Part shown: piece after piece, positions 61,980 to 64,000 of the stretch
Position numbering within the stretch: the first letter of the stretch is position 1
Layout: the number at the start of each line of letters is the position of its first letter
Notes under the pieces: model-generated
What the model was told of the DNA's origin: nothing
Seen by the model: only the letters and a program-made list of their open reading frames with translations
The model's database searches: none
Assembly (NCBI GenBank): GCA_963664815.2
Contig: CAXXHB010000003.1
Span: forward strand, 1,920,001-1,984,000
DNA length: 64,000 nt
Direction of reading: 5' to 3'
Origin: Spirochaetota bacterium
Lineage (GTDB): Bacteria > Spirochaetota > UBA4802 > UBA5550
Position numbers and translations under genes: made by a program

Positions 61980-62831
61980 ATGCGGAATTTTATCTTTTTA
62001 ATAATGTTATTATTTCTTGCATGTACAAGAAATTACGATGAATCACTTAAAATACTTGTTACTAAAAATGAATCGTCAACCCAGGAGGAGTTATGGACAA
62101 TGGACTTTGATGGGAAAAATGAGAAACAGTTAACATCCTTTGCACTGGAGAACAGGTGTACCCAGGGATCATGGTCTCAGAATGGTAAAACTATTGTTTA
62201 CCTTCAGTACGATTCTGTTAATTTTTCAAAATTAATGATAATGGATTCAAACGGAAATAATAAAAAGCTGATTGCAACAGATTCAACAGGTTTTCAGACA
62301 CCTTCATTTTTCAGTGATAATAAAAGAATAGCTGTTTCCGTTCAATCAATCACTGCTCCATACTTTTTTTATATAATAGATACTGATACAGGAACTAAAA
62401 CAACCTTATCTACTAATGAATTTCAGGTAAACCGTATGTCAGTTTCTTCAGACGGAACAATTATGATGAGTGAACCAAGTTCAGACGGAGGATATCAATT
62501 GTGGAATGAAAAAACCGGATTAAGTTCACTTGTAGTCCCTGCAGGACTATTAACATTCAGCCACTTTTCATGGAATTCTGACGGTAAGTTATTAGCTTTG
62601 TTTGACAGTACGCTCGGTTTATTGATTTACAATCCGTCAACTCAAACCACTTCAACAGTATTATCAACAGTAATAATTGATACAATAGTGAGCTGGGACC
62701 CATCCAGTGAATACATCTTTTTTTCATCTGCATCAGGTATTCAGAAAATTAAACCTGATGGAACAAATATTCAGACAGTGAATTCCAATCCATTATATAC
62801 ACAGCCTCAGATACAGTTTAAGACAATGTAA
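61980..62831 (+). CDS. TolB-like beta-propeller lipoprotein
   Basis: Lipobox FLAC; repeats WSQNGK, WNSDGK, WDPSSE. Confidence 0.75.
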   Translation: MRNFIFLIMLLFLACTRNYDESLKILVTKNESSTQEELWTMDFDGKNEKQLTSFALENRCTQGSWSQNGKTIVYLQYDSVNFSKLMIMDSNGNNKKLIATDSTGFQTPSFFSDNKRIAVSVQSITAPYFFYIIDTDTGTKTTLSTNEFQVNRMSVSSDGTIMMSEPSSDGGYQLWNEKTGLSSLVVPAGLLTFSHFSWNSDGKLLALFDSTLGLLIYNPSTQTTSTVLSTVIIDTIVSWDPSSEYIFFSSASGIQKIKPDGTNIQTVNSNPLYTQPQIQFKTM

Positions 62832-63037
62832 ACTGATAATCATCGGAATACATTGTCTCATTCTCAGGGAGATTAAAAATCATATGAATATGCCTTGTTA
62901 TTCATTATAGATTTTATATGAACAGATTAAATATATTTATACATTTCATTTTTTTTAAAAACAGAAAATTTTTTATCTAAAATATTGTTGACACAAAGAG
63001 TGTTAATTTGTTATTACCCTTCTTGTCTTTGAAATAT

Positions 63038-63110
63038 TCCTCTGTAGCTCAGTCGGTAGAGCAGTTGGCTGTTAACCAATTGGTCGCAGGTTCGAGTCCT
63101 GCCGGGGGAG
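63038..63110 (+). tRNA. tRNA-Asn (GTT)
   Basis: TCCTCTG/CGGGGGA stem, TTGG-CTGTTAA-CCAA, GGTTCGAGTCC. Confidence 0.97.
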
Positions 63111-63126
63111 CATCATTTAATTTAAT

Positions 63127-63157
63127 AAAAAAGCACCTGTTAAAAAGGTGCTTTTTT
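63127..63157 (+). terminator. Rho-independent terminator
   Basis: AAAAAGCACCT...AGGTGCTTTTTT. Confidence 0.85.
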
Positions 63158-63278
63158 AATTTATTCTTTGCACTGATGAATTCCGAATTATATCAATCCA
63201 TTATACTTTAAGAGATAACTTGATACCAGATTCAAGTTTTTATGTATTTCTGCCGATATATAATTAAGGTGGATAAAT

Positions 63279-63545
63279 ATGCTTTATGAACTCGGAATTA
63301 CCAAGCTTTCAAAATACCATTTCTATAAAAACGAAATAAAAAATCTCAACAAGTATAAAAACGAAATACTCAGTAAATTCGGCAGCCTGGAAAACCTCCC
63401 GATACAGGTGCATTACTGCTATGAAAGGGAAAAATCAAGAGTTGAAAGATATGCGAAAGAAAATTGTATTCACGATATTTCTGAAGAAATACTATCTGCA
63501 AACAATACCGAGTACACTATACAGAATCAATCTGTTAAAGAATAA
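63279..63545 (+). CDS. Small hypothetical protein
   Basis: AAGGTGG RBS-like sequence, 88 aa, converges on proB. Confidence 0.45.
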   Translation: MLYELGITKLSKYHFYKNEIKNLNKYKNEILSKFGSLENLPIQVHYCYEREKSRVERYAKENCIHDISEEILSANNTEYTIQNQSVKE

Positions 63546-64000
63546 TAAGATCGTCCCTGTTTATTACCTCTTCAAAAAAATGCCCATGAAGCAGATTTTT
63601 GATCTCTGACGTCTTCTTCCCTTTTATTAAAAAAAGTTCATCCGAACTGTAATTTACAATTCCCTTTGCAATGATATTATTCCCTATGTCAGTTATTTCT
63701 ATAATATCACCCATGTCAAATTTGCCATTAATTTTTATTACACCAGTAGCAAGGAGAGATTTTTTATTGCTGACAATCGCTTTTACTGCGCCATCATCAA
63801 TTGTTACTGAACCTCTTGCTTTTCTCATACTTATCCATTTTTTTCGCCCGCTTATCTTCGTTTCTTCACCTGCAAAGAGAGTTCCTTTTTGTTCTCCGGA
63901 CATTATTTTTGAAAGTATATCCTTTTCCTTACCATCGGCTATTATCATCATTCCGCCGAAACGCATTATCATCTCTGCTGCGTTGATTTTAGTAATCATA
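63535..64000 (-). CDS. proB: Glutamate 5-kinase, C-terminal part with PUA domain
   Basis: MITKINAA, GTLF, RKKWI, DDGAVKAI, KSLLATGV, KGIVNYSS, EVINRDDL. Confidence 0.93.
   Translation of the reverse strand, partial: MITKINAAEMIMRFGGMMIIADGKEKDILSKIMSGEQKGTLFAGEETKISGRKKWISMRKARGSVTIDDGAVKAIVSNKKSLLATGVIKINGKFDMGDIIEITDIGNNIIAKGIVNYSSDELFLIKGKKTSEIKNLLHGHFFEEVINRDDLIIL

Noticed and set aside
63008-63211. 67-aa ORF
   Set aside because: It overlaps tRNA-Asn and its terminator

Overview
AT-rich bacterial chromosome window; gene content and attC sequence style suggest a spirochaete-like, probably anaerobic organism (inference). Bases 1-27.7 kb are housekeeping: gspE/D/C, AsmA-like protein, CHASE2 adenylate cyclase, argS, cinA, gcvH, ispF, recJ, Nif3, queA, xerD, a TolC/MacA/ABC efflux set, tRNA-Thr and tRNA-Tyr. 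Bases 27.7-63 kb are accessory. They hold a cytochrome b/Fe-S/cytochrome c3 module joined to metV-metF and two paralogous divergent XRE-regulator/small-protein modules. The main feature is an atypical integron at about 44.1-53.2 kb. Its tyrosine recombinase lacks the IntI-specific insertion but has a HARP-like N-terminus. It is followed downstream by a probable attI site and four attC-like hairpins. The cassettes encode defence-like modules (ParA plus cyclase-like protein; TIGR04255-like/unknown/HNH; a PD-(D/E)XK nuclease) and carry IS91 and group II intron remnants. The window ends with tRNA-Asn and partial proB. All family calls are from motif recognition by eye; no searches were run.
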